A stretch of 64,000 nt of DNA from the human T2T-CHM13v2.0 reference genome, Homo sapiens: assembly GCF_009914755.1 (NCBI RefSeq), contig NC_060929.1; one strand, given 5' to 3'. This document shows, piece after piece, positions 62,167 to 64,000 of this stretch. The position numbers and the translations under genes were made by a program. How positions within the stretch are numbered: position 1 is the stretch's first letter; each line of letters opens with the position of its first letter. The notes under the pieces were generated by a model, which was given only the letters and a program-made list of their open reading frames with translations, ran no database searches and was not told the DNA's origin.

Positions 62167-64000
62167 ATGCCTGAGCAGGACAAGGACCCCAGAGTCCAAG
62201 AAAATCCTGATGATCAGAGAACGGTCCCCGAGGTCACCGGGGATGCACGGTCTGCATTTTGGCCCCTGCGGGACAATGGAGGCCCCTCTCCCTTTGTGCC
62301 CAGGCCCGGGCCTCTGCAGACAGACCACCACGCCCAGAGCTCAGAAATCAGATATAACCACACATCCCAGACATCCTGGACGAGCTCGAGCACCAAACGA
62401 AATGCCATCTCCAGCTCCTACAGCTCCACGGGAGGCTTGCCGGGGCTAAAGCAGAGGAGGGGGCCAGCCTCATCCCGCTGCCAGCTGACCCTCAGTTACT
62501 CAAAGACAGTGAGTGAGGACAGGCCTCAGGCTGTCTCTTCGGGTCACACACGGTGTGAAAAGGGGGCAGATACAGCACCAGGGCAGACAATCGCCCCAAC
62601 GGGTGGCTCCCCCAGATCCCAGGACTCTAGGCCCCGTAGACGCAAGATTCCCCTGCTGCCACGCAGGCGAGGGGAGCCTTTGATGCTGCCACATCCCTTA
62701 GAGCTGGGGTACCGGGTCACGGCTGAAGACCTGCACCTGGAAAAAGAGAAGGCATTCCAGCGCATCAACAGTGCACTGCACGTTGAGGACAAGGCCATCT
62801 CGGACTGCAGACCCTCACGGCCTTCCCACACTTTGTCCTCACTTGCAACAGGGGCTTCGGGTGGGCCTCCCGTTTCTAAAGCACCCACTATGGATGCACA
62901 GCAGGACAGACCCAAGTCCCAAGACTGCCTGGGCCTAGTGGCCCCCCTAGCATCTGCAGCAGAGGTCCCCGCTACAGCTCCCGTGTCTGGGAAAAAGCAC
63001 AGACCACCAGGACCCCTGTTCTCCTCCTCAGATCCCCTTTCGGCCAACTCTTCCCACTCCCGGGACTCAGCCCAGGTCACCTCGATGATTCCTGCCCCCT
63101 TCACAGCTGCAAGCAGGGATGCCGGCATGAGAAGAACAAGGTCGGCTCCTGCAGCTGCCGCAGCAGCCCCTCCCCCCTCCACATTGAACCCCACGTCGGG
63201 GTCACTACTCAATGCAGTGGATGGAGGCCCCTCACATTTCTTGGCCTCAGCCACAGCTGCAGCACGTGTCCAGAGGTCAGAAGTGAGATATAACCAGAGA
63301 TCCCAGACCTCCCGGACCAGATCGTGCCTCAAACGAAATGCCAGCTCCAGCTCCCACAGCTCTACGGAAGGCCTCCCGCAACTAAAGCGGAGGAGGGGGC
63401 CAGCCTCATCCCACTGCCAGCTGGCCCACAGTTCCTCAAACACAGTGAGTGAGGATGGACCTCAGGCTGTCTCTTCGGGTCACCGCTGTGAAAACAAGGC
63501 AGGTACAGCACCAGGGCAGACACTTGCCCCCAGGGGTGGCTCCCCCAGATCCCAGGCCTCTAGGCCCCACATCAACACTGCACTGTACGTTGAGGACAAG
63601 GCCATCTCGGACTGCAGACCCTCACGACCTTCCCACACTTTGTCCTCACTTGCAACAGGGGCTTCGGGTGGGCCTCCCGTTTCTAAAGCACCCACTATGG
63701 ACGCACAGCAGGACAGACCCAAGTCCCAAGACTGCCTGGGCCTAGTGGCCCCCCTAGCATCTGCTGCAGAGGTCCCCTCTACAGCTCCCGTGTCTGGGAA
63801 GAAGCACAGACCACCAGGACCCCTGTTCTCCTCCTCAGATCCCCTTCCTGCCACCTCTTCCCACTCCCGGGACTCAGCCCAGGTCACCTCGCTGATTCCT
63901 GCCACCTTCACAGCTGCAAGCAGGGATGCCGGCATGAGAAGAACAAGGTCGGCTCCTGCAGCTGCCGCAGCAGCCCCTCCCCCCTCCACATTGAACAACA
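62167..64000 (+). CDS. POM121L: POM121-like protein 1-like ORF, 3'-open (>=611 aa; putative protein or transcribed pseudogene)
   Basis: Hand-translated from ATG 62167 with no stop to the window end: MPEQDKDPRVQENPDD...KRNAISSSYSSTGG...RRRKIPLLPRRRGEPLMLPHPLELGYRVTAEDLHLEKEKAFQRINSALHVEDK..., resembling POM121 RNAITSSYSS and LGYSITAEDLDLEK motifs; symbol is family-level only. Confidence 0.6.
   Translation, partial: MPEQDKDPRVQENPDDQRTVPEVTGDARSAFWPLRDNGGPSPFVPRPGPLQTDHHAQSSEIRYNHTSQTSWTSSSTKRNAISSSYSSTGGLPGLKQRRGPASSRCQLTLSYSKTVSEDRPQAVSSGHTRCEKGADTAPGQTIAPTGGSPRSQDSRPRRRKIPLLPRRRGEPLMLPHPLELGYRVTAEDLHLEKEKAFQRINSALHVEDKAISDCRPSRPSHTLSSLATGASGGPPVSKAPTMDAQQDRPKSQDCLGLVAPLASAAEVPATAPVSGKKHRPPGPLFSSSDPLSANSSHSRDSAQVTSMIPAPFTAASRDAGMRRTRSAPAAAAAAPPPSTLNPTSGSLLNAVDGGPSHFLASATAAARVQRSEVRYNQRSQTSRTRSCLKRNASSSSHSSTEGLPQLKRRRGPASSHCQLAHSSSNTVSEDGPQAVSSGHRCENKAGTAPGQTLAPRGGSPRSQASRPHINTALYVEDKAISDCRPSRPSHTLSSLATGASGGPPVSKAPTMDAQQDRPKSQDCLGLVAPLASAAEVPSTAPVSGKKHRPPGPLFSSSDPLPATSSHSRDSAQVTSLIPATFTAASRDAGMRRTRSAPAAAAAAPPPSTLNN
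62341..64000 (+). repeat. Coding tandem repeat, in frame (807-bp period; first unit 936 bp)
   Basis: 62764-63193 matches 63571-64000 (14 differences in 430 bp); 62341-62634 matches 63277-63567 more loosely. Confidence 0.92.

Noticed and set aside
62544-63998. 299-aa and 172-aa minus-strand ORFs
   Set aside because: Antisense shadows of the GC-rich POM121-like repeat; the recognisable homology is on the plus strand

Overview
Human (great-ape) genomic DNA from a segmental-duplication mosaic of the kind found at 5p14/5q13 (SMA region); the exact paralog cannot be resolved from sequence alone. There are four blocks. (1) 1-~42534 is AT-rich and gene-poor, filled with MaLR LTR elements, L1, L2, Tigger and a few Alus. 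(2) ~42535-~55598 is an Alu-dense, unprocessed beta-glucuronidase pseudogene fragment on the minus strand: GUSB-like exons 5, truncated 6, 9, 10 and 11 with GT-AG sites; exons 1-4, 7, 8 and 12 were not found. (3) ~55599-61074 holds L1, MER44 and a THE1 element. (4) 61321-64000 is a POM121-like segment with a stop-free plus-strand ORF from 62167 that runs off the window (>=611 codons, missing from the ORF track) and is built on an in-frame 807-bp tandem repeat. The main candidate novelty is an inference: exons 5-10 are bracketed by inverted Alus, and a back-spliced circle of exons 5+6'+9+10 would be exactly 540 nt with a reading frame lacking any stop codon (a rolling-circle ORF). Skipping exon 6' instead gives a 448-nt circle with a finite 210-codon junction-spanning ORF. 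Repeat subfamily names and GUSB/POM121 comparisons come from memory of consensus and reference sequences; repeat boundaries are approximate.
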